A stretch of DNA of 64,000 nucleotides from Macrostomum lignano. Lineage: Eukaryota. Each line of letters starts with the position of its first letter. Within the stretch, counting starts at the first letter, position 1. The notes below the pieces were generated by a model that saw nothing but the letters and a program-made list of their open reading frames with translations, ran no database searches and had not been told where the DNA came from. The translations under genes and the position numbers were made by a program. The stretch covers positions 1 through 64,000 of the forward strand of contig NIVC01003770.1 of the NCBI GenBank assembly GCA_002269645.1. Reading direction: 5' to 3'. Shown here piece after piece: positions 1-38,404 of this stretch.

Positions 1-197
1 ACTACGAGGGTAAATTTACCAGCCCTTGGATTGCACAGAAACAGCTATAACTACAGATATTTATGCTCGAACAAGAGTAAAGGGCTCTGCAAACTTCTGT
101 GGAATATCACTACAACACTTAGCCTAGTATCACAAGAGCAAGAAAAAATACTGATTTCCTAAATACATAAATTTGACCAACAGATGTCGTTCGTGTC

Positions 198-1423
198 TCA
201 TATCAGCCTCTCCTCGTTTGGCGGCCGGAGAATGTCCTGCATGCTTTGCTGTCCCGACTTGCCGCTGCCCAGCTCCCGATCGCTGGGCTTATAAACGCCT
301 GTGTCCTTTCGTCGGTCGCGTATCACTTTGAAAGCTAAGCCAGCTGCAGTTCCGGCTAGCAGAACAAGTAGCAAACCCACTACTAGGCCGACTACCAGAC
401 GACTGTCTGCGGCTGGAGCCTGAGTTCCAGCCTCCACAGGCTCCGTTGTCTGAGCAGTCTGTGGTATCGTTGTCAGAGGCGGAGTCGTCGTTTGCGAGTC
501 GTCGCTAGCGGAGTCGTCGCTGGCGGAGTCGTCGCTAGCGGAGTCGTTGCTGGCGGAGTCGAACAGTTGGCGCCGCTGTAACCGTCGGTACAGTTACAGG
601 AGAAAGTCTCCAACGAAGCGATGCTAGTGCAGAATCCGTGCCCTGAGCAGGGCTCCAGGCCGCTGCTGCTTGTGTTGCAGAAATCTCTAGCCTTTAAGCA
701 AAGGTCGCCCCCGTAGCCGGTAGCGGTGCAGTTGCAGCTGGAGTGGAGGTTCCACTGAAGCCGGGGCAAGCAGCTGCCCCCGTTTGCACAGATGCAGGGG
801 TCCTCATGGCAGCCAGCCAAAGCACCGGAGCCATTCAATAGCTGCACATTCGTCACCTCGGCAATGGCATTATCCGAGGACTCAGTGACCGTCGCATTGG
901 CAAGGCAACCTCTTAGTCCGTCGGTGCCATTAGTACCACCAAAGGTCATCACAGTCCAGTTGAATATCGCCGTTAATGCTGTCGTCGGATCTGCAAATAC
1001 ACGTAGCAGTTCAGCTCCATCCAAGCTGACAGTCACGTCGCTGGCATTGGCATCGAGTCTGATGCTGACAGAGTGCCAGTATCCGTCAGTAAGATTAACA
1101 GCAGCTTGGTTGCGACTGCCATTCGAAGGCCAATCAGCAGTCAGATGCTGGAAAGTGATGCCGAGGACCAGTTGCAGCATGCTGTTGGTTTCATTGTCCG
1201 TCGACGGTGCGTACAAGCCCCAGATGGACCAAGCCGGGTGTGACGCTCGAAACTCGAATGTTGCGACAGTTTCAATCGGGATCGCCGAAGCATTTTGGCG
1301 CGTCAGATTTGCAACGCCACTGACGTTAAATGTTGCGACATCGGCCGAAGCATTGGAAATTGGCAGTGTAACCAGAAACAGCACGCCGAAGCAGAAATAC
1401 AGAAAAAATCGTCGAAGAAACAT
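198..1423 (-). CDS. crb: Compact intronless Crumbs-family protein (signal peptide, LamG, 2 EGF, Thr/Pro stalk, TM, FERM-binding motif, ERLI); about 408 aa after restoring one base at ~496
   Basis: ORF 473..1450 gives a hydrophobic N-terminus (ATG at 1423), a LamG signature (DGYWHSV..VSLDG..FGG..GC) and two EGF modules. ORF 198..437 gives a TM plus tail GVYKPSDRE...PPNEERLI, matching the Crumbs GxYxPSxxE and ERLI motifs. Adding one G at 496 (tttgcg[g]agtc) joins the two frames through TTPQTTTPPLTTIPQTAQTTEPVEAGTQ. Confidence 0.88.
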
Positions 1424-2733
1424 GCTTTCTGCGTCTAACAATTCAACCAAAGCAAAAGAAGTCGTCAGAGCTATAGTTGCACGAAACAGTTGATTCGAAT
1501 CTATCGCTTCAATAGGCCGTAGTTCAGGTAAGCTTTATAATCGCTTTCACACTTGCTCGTTTACTCTCATGCTTAATTAGACGCAGGCTGAAGCATAATA
1601 ATAGCTGCAATAGCACGAAGTTCCACGAGTGTCGTATGTCAGCACGGGCACGATAGAGAGTAGTAGTACGTCTCTAGTCACGGAGGAAATGCGCCACACT
1701 GGTACGCTCGCCGTGGCCTTTCTCGCGAACAGCTAGCTGCTTTCCTTTGTATACACTTCTCTGTATACTCACTATAGCAGCCCTGGCCTTCTCTCCAGAC
1801 ACAGGGGTAGAACTGACTGAACGGATTTGGCTAACGAATCTTTCTTGCCAAAAGTTCTGTTGGTCATGCAGTACTCATGTCGTTTTTTCTTAATGCTTCG
1901 TTTTTTATTTTCACTCCTGCTTCGCAGAGAACACGGCCCACAGGGAAAGTTTTCTCTCGTATTAGCCCATGTAAAATCGTTTCTATATCGGGCTGACGGA
2001 CACGGTGGATTGGGCTGAGTTAGTTGAGCAGAGCCGGGAGGTAGGGCGGAGAAGCTTTATGGGTAGAGAAAGGGAGTTGCACTGGAAGGCTATTGGATGA
2101 AAGAACTGCAGCTTAGGGCGTGGAGATGCATGAGCTCATTCGCTTTCCTCCGCTCTCTCCTGCCCTACCGTCTCACCAGCTGAGCACTGTCTCTGTCGGA
2201 CTTAACTGCGCACGACAATAGGCCTATAATTTCGCGGGGGAGTGCTCGTTTCTCACCCTCAGGCCAGCGTGCATGGTCGCTTGGCGTGCATACATGAGCA
2301 TATACGAGCGTATACGGAATGAGGCGCTTTGCATTCAGTGGCAGACTGAACTTGAGTAAGCAAATGATAGAAGAGATAATTATTTTCAGTGAAAAGGATG
2401 ACAGTTTTCTGTTGCAACCACTGCCTATTATTTACTCCTTAATATCTGTATATTATGACATTAAGTAATTAAAGCTTTCAAGCAAGATAAGGAGTCAGAG
2501 GCAATCGCGAGGGACTGTCAGAACAGTTGTGCATAGACACGATAATGCAGACACGTTATTAGGAGGTGGGGCAGCTATGTACAAGAATGGGGCAGTGGGG
2601 CTTCACCGCTGCTTTAACCGTGCCTTAATTTAACAGCGCACATGTATAAACATTCTTGCTTGCCTAGATTGACTAAGGGACTGGAGAGTGGCATAATTTT
2701 AACCATTGTCAATTATAGAAGCTTGTCTAGCAG

Positions 2734-4792
2734 ATGTATCAATGTCGAATCCTTCTGAGGCAGCGCTCGCTACTTCAACGATCGCTATGCACAGCAAAGT
2801 CGGGCACCCCAAACGGTCGATTCGACTGCGCAGTGATCGGTGCCGGACACAACGGCCTGGTGGCTGCCGCCTACTTGGCTGGCGCTGGTAAGAAAGTCTG
2901 CGTACTTGAACGGCGCCATGTGATCGGTGGCGCTGCCGTAACTGAGGAGATCGTGCCCGGGTTCAAGTTCAGCCGCTGCTCCTACGTGCTGAGCCTGCTG
3001 CGCCCGAAAGTGATGGAAGACCTTCAGCTAGAACGGCATGGCTTGGTCGTGTACACTCGCGACCCCAGCTCCTATACGCCTCTACTGGAGCCCGGGTCGA
3101 AAACTGGAGCTCAATCACTTCTACTGGGTCGCGACCACGCGCGGACGCACAGGTCCATCGCCGCATTTTCGCCTCGCGACGCCGACCAGTTCGTCCGCTA
3201 CGAAGAGCAGATGGGCCGCCTGGCAGCCAGTCTGGAGCCGCTGCTCGATAACCCGCCGTTCAACTTGCACCACCTGCTGGCATCAAGCGGACTTCGTGCG
3301 AAAGCAAGGGAACTCGAACGGGCTAGACCGCTTTACCGGATGGCGTCTCAGCTCGGACCGCAGCTGCTGCAGCTCTACGAGCTGCTCACTGCGCCAACTT
3401 CTCGAATTCTGGATCGCTGGTTCGAGAGCGAGCCTTTGAAGGCCACCCTGGCCACGGACAGCGTCATCGGAGCAATGATTTCGCCGGACACGCCTGGCAG
3501 CGGCTACGTACTACTGCATCACGTGATGGGCGGAGTGAACAATATCCCAGGAGCATGGGGCTTTGTCCACGGCGGTATGGGATCTGTTAGCAAAGCTATT
3601 GCCGAAAGTGCTCAAGCAAGAGGTATGAAACTACAGGAACCAATTGCTATTAACGAGTAAACTTTGAAGCTCAATTTGATTTAAAACGCTTAAATCGTTT
3701 CTCCTCAGGTGCCAAGATATTCACCGATGCTCCGGTCTCTCATATCAAAGTAGTAAATGGCAAAACAGAAGGTGTTGTTCTTGCCGACGGCAGCGAAGTA
3801 GATGCGCCCGTGGTGTTGTCGAATGCCACGCCGAAGGTGACATTCGAAAACCTGCTGCCACCAGACTCTCTGCCCGAGGACGATTTTCTGGCCAGCGTAC
3901 GGCGAATCGACTACGCCTCGCCAGTGACGAAAATCAACGTGGCCGTTTCCCGACTGCCAAACTTTCTCGCCGATCCCAATCCGGTGTCGGGCGACTGCCC
4001 GGACCATTTTCACGGCACCATTCACCTCAACTCCGACAGCTGCGCCATGATTGATACGGCCTACCGGGCCTGTCAGCAGGGCGGCTACGCTGATAGGCCG
4101 GTCATCGAGATGACTGTGCCCTCGTCGCTTGACGATAGTCTAGCTCCAAAAGGTACGCGGAAGATTGAGCATTTCTATACTAATATACTGCAGGTCTGGC
4201 TGGTTGACTGTCTCCAGAACTTGTTCTAGAAGCGTCCCAGAGGACTGTGCAAGAGAAGTTAGGCTTATCTGAAACGCCTCCCAAATGATTCAACACTGCT
4301 CATAGTTGACTTTATGAACCATGGAAACCACGTTTTCAATTAGCTTTTAATGCGTCTTCTCTCTGTAGGGGGTTTACCGGATAATCCTCGTCCTAATTAC
4401 CAATAGGTGCACACGTGGTCCAGCTATTTACTCAGTACACACCAAAGCTGCTGCATGGCAAGCGGTGGACGCAGGAGGACAAGGACCGCTACACCAGGAC
4501 CGTGTTCAAATGCATCGACGACTACGCGCCCGGTTTCTCCGCCTCGGTTGTTGGCAGCGACGTGCTGACTCCGCAGGACCTAGAAGAGACATTCGGTCTC
4601 ACCGGAGGCAACATCTTCCACGGCGGGATGTCGCTTGACCAGCTTTACTTCATGCGGCCAACCCCCGAGTACTGCGACTATCGCAGTCCGATCGGCGGCC
4701 TCTACCTGTGCGGCAGCGGGGCTCACCCTGGTGGCGGCGTCATGGGTGCACCTGGACGGCTGTGCGCTTTGGAAGTGCTCAGAGACAGCTAA
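2734..4792 (+). CDS. PYROXD2: Pyridine nucleotide-disulfide oxidoreductase domain 2 (phytoene desaturase-like FAD oxidoreductase); exons 2734-3622, 3709-4152, 4407-4792; 572 aa
   Basis: FAD motif [49 protein letters not shown] and C-terminal [25 protein letters not shown]. Both GT-AG introns are phase 1 and join the three ORFs in frame. Confidence 0.93.
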
Positions 4793-5164
4793 ATGATGAT
4801 CACTATTGAAGCCATTCATTTTGAATTCAATAGTTTCCTCTATTATTGAACCTCTATTTCTATTGGAATGAATTTTTTCGGTAATTATAGCAATATTTAG
4901 AATTATTCTATTTTTCAATAAGCAGATGTTAGAATTCGAAATTTATTTAATAATACATTTTAATAATCACTATACGAACGTAGAAGCAGTCTCAAAAATC
5001 CTTGTCTGAAATCGGTAATATTTTTATAGCTGATCCTGTAGGGTCAATACCAAACTACATCATAAGAATCAGCTGTTCTTGTCTTCAAAATGAATCAGTG
5101 AATGAATGTACCTTATCAGCCTAAAAATAAATCATACAAAACAACAGGTCTGCAATGACGCAGA

Positions 5165-5653
5165 CTACAGTTCTTTCTTCTCAGCAGCGTCCTCGCTGTC
5201 AGGCTGCTTGGCGGCCTTCTTCGCCGCTTCGTCGGTGCCTTGAAGCGTCGGCAGCTCGTCGTACTCGCCCGGCTTGTGCGCCGCCTCGCAGGCGGAGTTG
5301 CACCGGGCGAACTCCTCTGCCAGCTCGTGCTCGCTGACGCACTCGCGCCGGCAAACCTGCAGCTTGCTGAGCCGCTTTGCGCGCATGATTTCTTGGAAAG
5401 CCTCCTCGGCTTCGGCGCGCAGCTTCGGATCCTCCGTGTTCATCAGCATCATGCGGTCGATCTCAGGGCCGGCCTTGGGGTCCTTTTTCATGAAGTCCAT
5501 GTTGACGTCATCGGCGTCCGGGTAGAAGGCCAGAGCTGGAAGCGACAGCTGCGTGAGCAGCACCAGCAGCACCGGGAGGGTTTCTCTTCTAAAAGCCGGC
5601 TGCATTTCCAAGACAGACGGGTATATCAAACTTTCAAATCGGGTAGCTCGCAT
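5165..5653 (-). CDS. Small secreted protein with twin CX3C motif, unknown function (start may be ATG 5605, 146 aa)
   Basis: 162-aa GC-rich ORF with signal-peptide-like segment LPVLLVLLTQLSLPALA, motif CRREC..CNSAC and acidic tail ending KKEL. Confidence 0.7.
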   Translation of the reverse strand: MRATRFESLIYPSVLEMQPAFRRETLPVLLVLLTQLSLPALAFYPDADDVNMDFMKKDPKAGPEIDRMMLMNTEDPKLRAEAEEAFQEIMRAKRLSKLQVCRRECVSEHELAEEFARCNSACEAAHKPGEYDELPTLQGTDEAAKKAAKQPDSEDAAEKKEL

Positions 5654-6239
5654 GTTGGACCGGTTTTCAGCATTTTTATACCGGCTTGCCAGCTGATCTC
5701 AGTGTCCAATTGCAACGCGACCCGTCATGCCACATCAACACAGAGCAGGTGCGCCGTTCGATAGGAGAACTTTGGGACATTTAGTTTTCCCAATTGCAGT
5801 CTGTTCAAACACGCTGGTTCTCTATTTGATTTCAGTTGCTTCGATTCTGTCACAATCCAGCGCATTGTTCAACCATAAAGGTAAACACACGCCGATTGTG
5901 TTTAAACAGTTCACTTCGTATTACTTGACATTGAGCGAGAGTTATTTATGCAAGCCACCCATAGTCCATAGGGATTTCAAGCTGCCAGATTTTAAGCAGA
6001 GCCACCATTGACTTAGAAGCCTTAGCGCTCGATAATATCAGCATTTTCCAAGTCAATTTTTTCGATTTTCTAACTCAGTATACTTGAAAACATCTGTTTC
6101 CAGGACTTTGATAAGCAATTCGGCGCTCACGATTTATACTAATAGCTTCCTCAAAATGTATGTTTAGTCTTCTACATAATGTGCAGCCAGTTCTTCATAT
6201 CATCTACAAAGCCGCTCCCCATTTCGGTTGGGCTGGATA

Positions 6240-6378
6240 GGCTTTTCATAGCGGCCATAGTCTATTGCCAGCCTTGCCGGACTGGAGGGGCTTTTCATAG
6301 CGGCCATAGTCTATGGCCAGCCTTGCCGGACTGGAGGGGCTTTTCATAGCGGCCATAGTCTAAGGCCAGCCTTGCCGG
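6240..6378. repeat. 49-bp tandem repeat x~2.8 containing palindrome GGCCATAG-T-CTATGGCC
   Basis: Units start at 6240, 6289 and 6338. Confidence 0.85.
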
Positions 6379-6494
6379 GCGTGGAGCTATTTATAGAACT
6401 CTATGTTCGGCAAGGAACGGAGTTTTTTATTGCTTCGGCGCGAAGAACAAAAAAACGACGCGGGCTAATAACTAACCATGGAAAAACTGCTCAC

Positions 6495-33131
<26,637 letters not shown>

Positions 33132-33348
33132 GGAGGAAAGGAGAGCGAGAAGGGGGGCGGCGCAACTCGCCCCGCGTGCGACCGACCGCTCGCGGCTGGG
33201 GTGGGGGCCGGCTGCGGAGGTTGGGGTGGGTGTGAATTGGTCGGGCGAAAGTTAAAGGGGGGTTTGGCTGGGCTGGGGTGGGAGAGTTGAGGTTATCTTG
33301 GCCTCAACTGCCCAGCCCATGGGGGCCTGGAAGGGTGCCGTGCCTCAG

Positions 33349-33610
33349 CCAATCAGAGCCGAGGGGGTGGAGTTGAGTGACGATCAAAAGCGCTACGGCC
33401 TTTCTTGCACTGTTTTGTTGTACCCTTCGCCTCCCCCAGACAGAGGCCACGCACGGATAGGGAGAGGGGAGGGAACAGAGGAAAGGAACAACAGTGCGCT
33501 TTTGCCCTATACGACAGCGAAGCCGGGGGGGGGGGCGATTCACCTCAAAGCTGCGCTGCACAATGAACGAGGGTCAGCCAACCGAGGGTGACTCTCCACC
33601 GATTGCCAAT
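33349..33610 (-). promoter_or_regulatory. Putative Cav1 promoter region with two CCAAT boxes
   Basis: cagCCAATcag at 33349-33353 and tgCCAATcac at 33606-33610 lie in GC-rich sequence 200-480 bp upstream of the ATG. The TSS is unknown. Confidence 0.3.
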
Positions 33611-34539
33611 CACGTTTTTTTTCTTGGCCGACGGCCCAGAATACTATCGCATTGCGCAAATTAATGGTGTAAGTTGTTGAATAGAATACATACGCTCGTA
33701 CACATGGTAGCAATAAAATTGTACATTGTGTGCATGGGAAGAGTCATATAGATTTTTTACTTCATGGGATCTTTTATGCTTGTTTGTAAACTTACTACAC
33801 TTAGTAAAAAATTGCGTACTTTCTGATTTTCAAGTTTGAAGAAGTATATTATGAGGCAGTATTGATGCTTCAGACTTGACTTACTATCAAATTTCTCACC
33901 CTAGCTCCCTTGCCTCATCACTCTATCTCAGTCTTGCCTTCAGAATCTTCCCCACAGCACAGCAACTTGAGTGCACTTTTAAAGGCGATAAAAGCGCCCG
34001 GCTGTATTGAGGATTAGGATGGGAAGTTATACTAACACACGCAGTGTGATCCGACTTAAGCGTTATCTAGGATGCCGGGGGCTTCGGTCGAGAGATCCTC
34101 ATTCTCTCTCCTTTCCTCCCCCGCGCTCCAGCATTTGTATTGCAGGGATTTGTTAGAGAAATCCTCAACGCTGTTGCTCCCGGGCGGCCTCTCCAGCTGA
34201 CAGAGAGGCCCAGGCCGCCAGCCCGTCACCCAGGCTGCACACATAATGGGATGCGATGCCTCCCCGCTTCTAGTTCAGCAGCTACCGCAGCAGTTCGGGC
34301 TGTAGTTTGTGGTTGGGAAAAGATTTCTGCAATTATCCCTTAGCCTGAGATTAGCGCCGCCCAGTGAGCTCTGACCGAACGCCTATTTAGCTGCCACCAG
34401 CTGTCGGTTTCTAGGGATAAATTTGACAGTTCCTACTCGAGTTTTAGAAGCGAAGAGGCATGCATAGTTATCGGAATTTATTTCCCTGCAGACAATCTAA
34501 AAATCTAAATTAGTTCGCTATATTATCCGGGAAATATGG

Positions 34540-36178
34540 AATCTCACTGACTGGGATCTCACTGACTGGGATCTCACTGACTGGAATCTCACTGACTGGG
34601 ATCTCACTGACTGGGGATCTGACTGACTGGGATCTCACTGACTGGGATCTGACTGACTGGGATCTCACTGACTGGGATCTGACTGACTGGGATCTCACTG
34701 ACTGGGATCTCACTGACTGGGATCTCACTGACTGGGATCTGACTGACTGGGATCTGACTGACTGGGATCTCACTGACTGGGATCTCACTGACTGGGATCT
34801 CACTGACTGGGATCTCACTGACTGGGATCTCACTGACTGGGATCTCACTGACTGGGATCTCACTGACTGGGATCTGACTGACTGGGATCTCACTGACTGG
34901 GATCTCACTGACTGGGATCTCACTGACTGGGATCTCACTGACTGGGATCTCACTGACTGGGATCTCACTGACTGGGATCTCACTGACTGGGATCTCACTG
35001 ACTGGGATCTCACTGACTGGGATCTCACTGACTGGGATCTCACTGACTGGGATCTCACTGACTGGGATCTCACTGACTGGGATCTCACTGTCGACTGGGA
35101 TCTCACTGACTGAGATCTCACTGACTGGGATCTCACTGACTGGGGATCTGACTGACTGGGATCTCACTGACTGGGATCTGACTGACTGGGATCTCACTGA
35201 CTGGGATCTCACTGACTGGGATCTCACTGACTGGGATCTGACTGACTGGGATCTGACTGACTGGGATCTCACTGACTGGGATCTCACTGACTGGGATCTC
35301 ACTGACTGGGATCTCACTGACTGGGATCTGACTGACTGGGATCTCACTGACTGGGATCTCACTGACTGGGATCTCACTGACTGGGATCTCACTGACTGGG
35401 ATCTCACTGACTGGGATCTCACTGACTGGGATCTCACTGACTGGGATCTCACTGACTGGGATCTCACTGACTGGGATCTCACTGACTGGGATCTCACTGA
35501 CTGGGATCTCACTGTCGACTGGGATCTCACTGACTGAGATCTCACTGACTGGGATCTCACTGACTGGGGATCTGACTGACTGGGATCTCACTGACTGGGA
35601 TCTGACTGACTGGGATCTCACTGACTGGGATCTCACTGACTGGGGATCTCACTGACTGGGATCTCACTGACTGGGGATCTCACTGACTGGGATCTGACTG
35701 ACTGGGATCTCACTGACTGGGATCTCACTGACTGGGGATCTCACTGACTGGGATCTCACTGACTGGGATCTCACTGACTGGGATCTCACTGACTGGGATC
35801 TCACTGACTGGGATCTCACTGACTGGGATCTCACTGACTGGGGATCTCACTGACTGGGATCTCACTGACTGGGGATCTCACTGACTGGGATCTGACTGAC
35901 TGGGATCTCACTGACTGGGGATCTCACTGACTGGGATCTGACTGACTGGGATCTCACTGACTGGGATCTCACTGACTGGGGATCTCACTGACTGGGATCT
36001 CACTGACTGGGATTTCACTGACTGGGATCTCACTGACTGGGGATCTCACTGACTGGGATCTGACTGACTGGGATCTGACTGACTGGGATTTCACTGACTG
36101 GGATCTCACTGACTGGGGATCTCACTGACTGAGATCTCACTGTCGACTGGGATATCACTGACTGAGATCTCACTCACT
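34540..36178. repeat. 15-bp minisatellite (ctcactgactgggat) with occasional 1-3 bp indels
   Basis: Direct inspection. Confidence 0.95.
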
Positions 36179-36519
36179 AATTGATTCACTATTAACGAGA
36201 AATAACTCGTGATAGAAAGCGATTGTTTTTTTTCGTTGCACATGCAACTGTCATTTTGATATCTTGCGGTCTATCTGAAACCCTGGGTCCCTACTGCAGT
36301 TTTGCTTAACTCGGTCAACTATAATAATAATATATCAGTTTCTTTCGCCGAAATTTATTGCGAAAGAAAAATTCAAGACTTCGCAATCCGCAGGGGCTGA
36401 ATTCCAGTGGTCGAACTTTAAGTTCTGCTTTTTTCTGTCTGACTCTGCTTTGCAAGCTGGCGTTCTTATGAAATGTACTTTGCATGCTTTATGTGTAATT
36501 TTATTGAAGAAATAGAATG

Positions 36520-37285
36520 CATTCCTAATCTAGAATGGATTGCTAATCTAGAATGGATTGCTAATCTAGAATGGATTGCTAATCTAGCATGGATTGCTAA
36601 TCTAGAATGGATTGCTAATCTAGAATGGATTGCTAATCTAGAATGGATTGCTAATCTAGAATGGATTGCTAATCTAGAATGGATTGCTAATCTAGAATGG
36701 ATTGCTAATCTAGAATGGATTGCTAATCTAGAATGGATTGCTAATCTAGAATGGATTGCTAATCTAGAATGGATTGCTAATCTAGAATGGATTGCTAATC
36801 TAGAATGGATTGCTAATCTAGAATGGATTGCTAATCTAGAATGGATTGCTAATCTAGAATGGATTGCTAATCTAGAATGGATTGCTAATCTAGAATGGAT
36901 TGCTAATCTAGAATGGATTGCTAATCTAGAATGGATTGCTAATCTAGAATGGATTGCTAATCTAGAATGGATTGCTAATCTAGAATGGATTGCTAATCTA
37001 GAATGGATTGCTAATCTAGAATGGATTGCTAATCTAGAATGGATTGCTAATCTAGAATGGATTGCTAATCTAGAATGGATTGCTAATCTAGAATGGATTG
37101 CTAATCTAGAATGGATTGCTAATCTAGAATGGATTGCTAATCTAGAATGGATTGCTAATCTAGAATGGATTGCTAATCTAGAATGGATTGCTAATCTAGA
37201 ATGGATTGCTAATCTAGAATGGATTGCTAATCTAGAATGGATTGCTAATCTAGAATGGATTGCTAATCTAGCATGGATTGCTAAT
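36520..37285. repeat. 18-bp minisatellite (gctaatctagaatggatt) x~42
   Basis: Direct inspection. Confidence 0.95.
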
Positions 37286-38404
37286 CCAGCTAAAGTCAAG
37301 TGAAGGAATAGAATGGATTGCTAATCTAGCCAAAGTCAAGTGAAGGAATAGAATGGATTGCTAATCCAGCCCACGCAGTTGAGGGAACAGAATGAACTGC
37401 ATAATTTTTTGTTTTATTTCGGCGGAACCGTTCAGTACTGCATCTTGGCTGGTTGTATATTTACAATCCTGATGCATTCTGTTTGAAGAAAAATGTCTTA
37501 GCCCAAGAGTAACCGGTCCGATCTCTGCCCCAATATTGCCGAATGCAACTGTGTAACTTCCCGAGTGCTTTATTGCCCGACGGGAGGCATTTAGGCCGGT
37601 AAAGCATGGCAGGTCCAGTTGGGCAGGGGAAGGCGAGGGCTCTCGTCTTTGGCGGTGCGCGCTCTCCATTTACGATGCAACAGATACTGCATAGAGGGAA
37701 CATGCGGCATTAGACTTTTAGGCGGGACGGGGGCCGAACACTTGGAAAGGATTGTATAAAAAGGCTTCTGCGTCCACCCTTCGAGCGATGACTTGCGGAT
37801 GCCGCAGAAATGATGCAGCACCGAGAGGCTGGCCCTGCAGGTCTAGGCTAGCTTGGAGCTTGGAGCTGGATTCCCATATAGATGGGGTGAAATTAGGCGG
37901 GGCAGGGGGGGGCACGGGGGGCAGGGGGTCTCGACTTTGCCTCCTCCAGGTTTTTGGATGCGTCCAAAGAATCGCGTGTCGGAGGCAATCAATAGTGTCT
38001 GGGGGGGAGTGAGATGAAGGACAGGAGGGCGAATCATACCAGCTGCCGCGTTGTCTGGCGCGGTGGCATTTCCGAATGCTCCACGCAGTTCACCTCGAAC
38101 CCTCGCAGCTGCCCCAGGCTGGGCCACCATCCCTATCCTTTGGAACATGGCTTACCTGCACCCCAATATTTCCTCCTCTGTCCTCTCTCTCCCTCCTCAT
38201 GACCTGGCAACTTCTGTTTGACTTACCAACAGAAAAAGTCAGTGTGTGCGCGCATCCCGGGAAATCGAGGGTGAAGAGGGGATGGGTGTAGACAGTTGCT
38301 TTTAGTCTTCTTGTGTTTCACCTAGCAAGAGAATGCAGCCATGCACTTTTGCTGGGCGAATACTGGACTGCACACATTGATGGTGTATTGGTTCCCAGAT
38401 GCGA

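Noticed and set aside
792-1493. 233-aa plus-strand ORF
   Set aside because: Antisense shadow of the Crumbs coding sequence. The same applies to 5240-5764 and the plus-strand ORFs over Cav1 exons.
2020-2190. Imperfect inverted repeat between crb and PYROXD2 (ggtagggcggag / ctcctgccctacc)
   Set aside because: Only about 12 bp of pairing with no TSD or second copy; too weak to call a MITE or ncRNA.
5940-6040. YRALRLLS on the minus strand as a possible domain IV S4 exon
   Set aside because: It lacks the regular Arg spacing and flanking Cav sequence, and is not the exon expected after DKNQ.
36473-37303. 276-aa (WIANLE)n ORF and the antisense (LAIHSR)n ORF
   Set aside because: Near-identical 18-bp units with no synonymous variation and no recognised fold; a by-product of the repeat.
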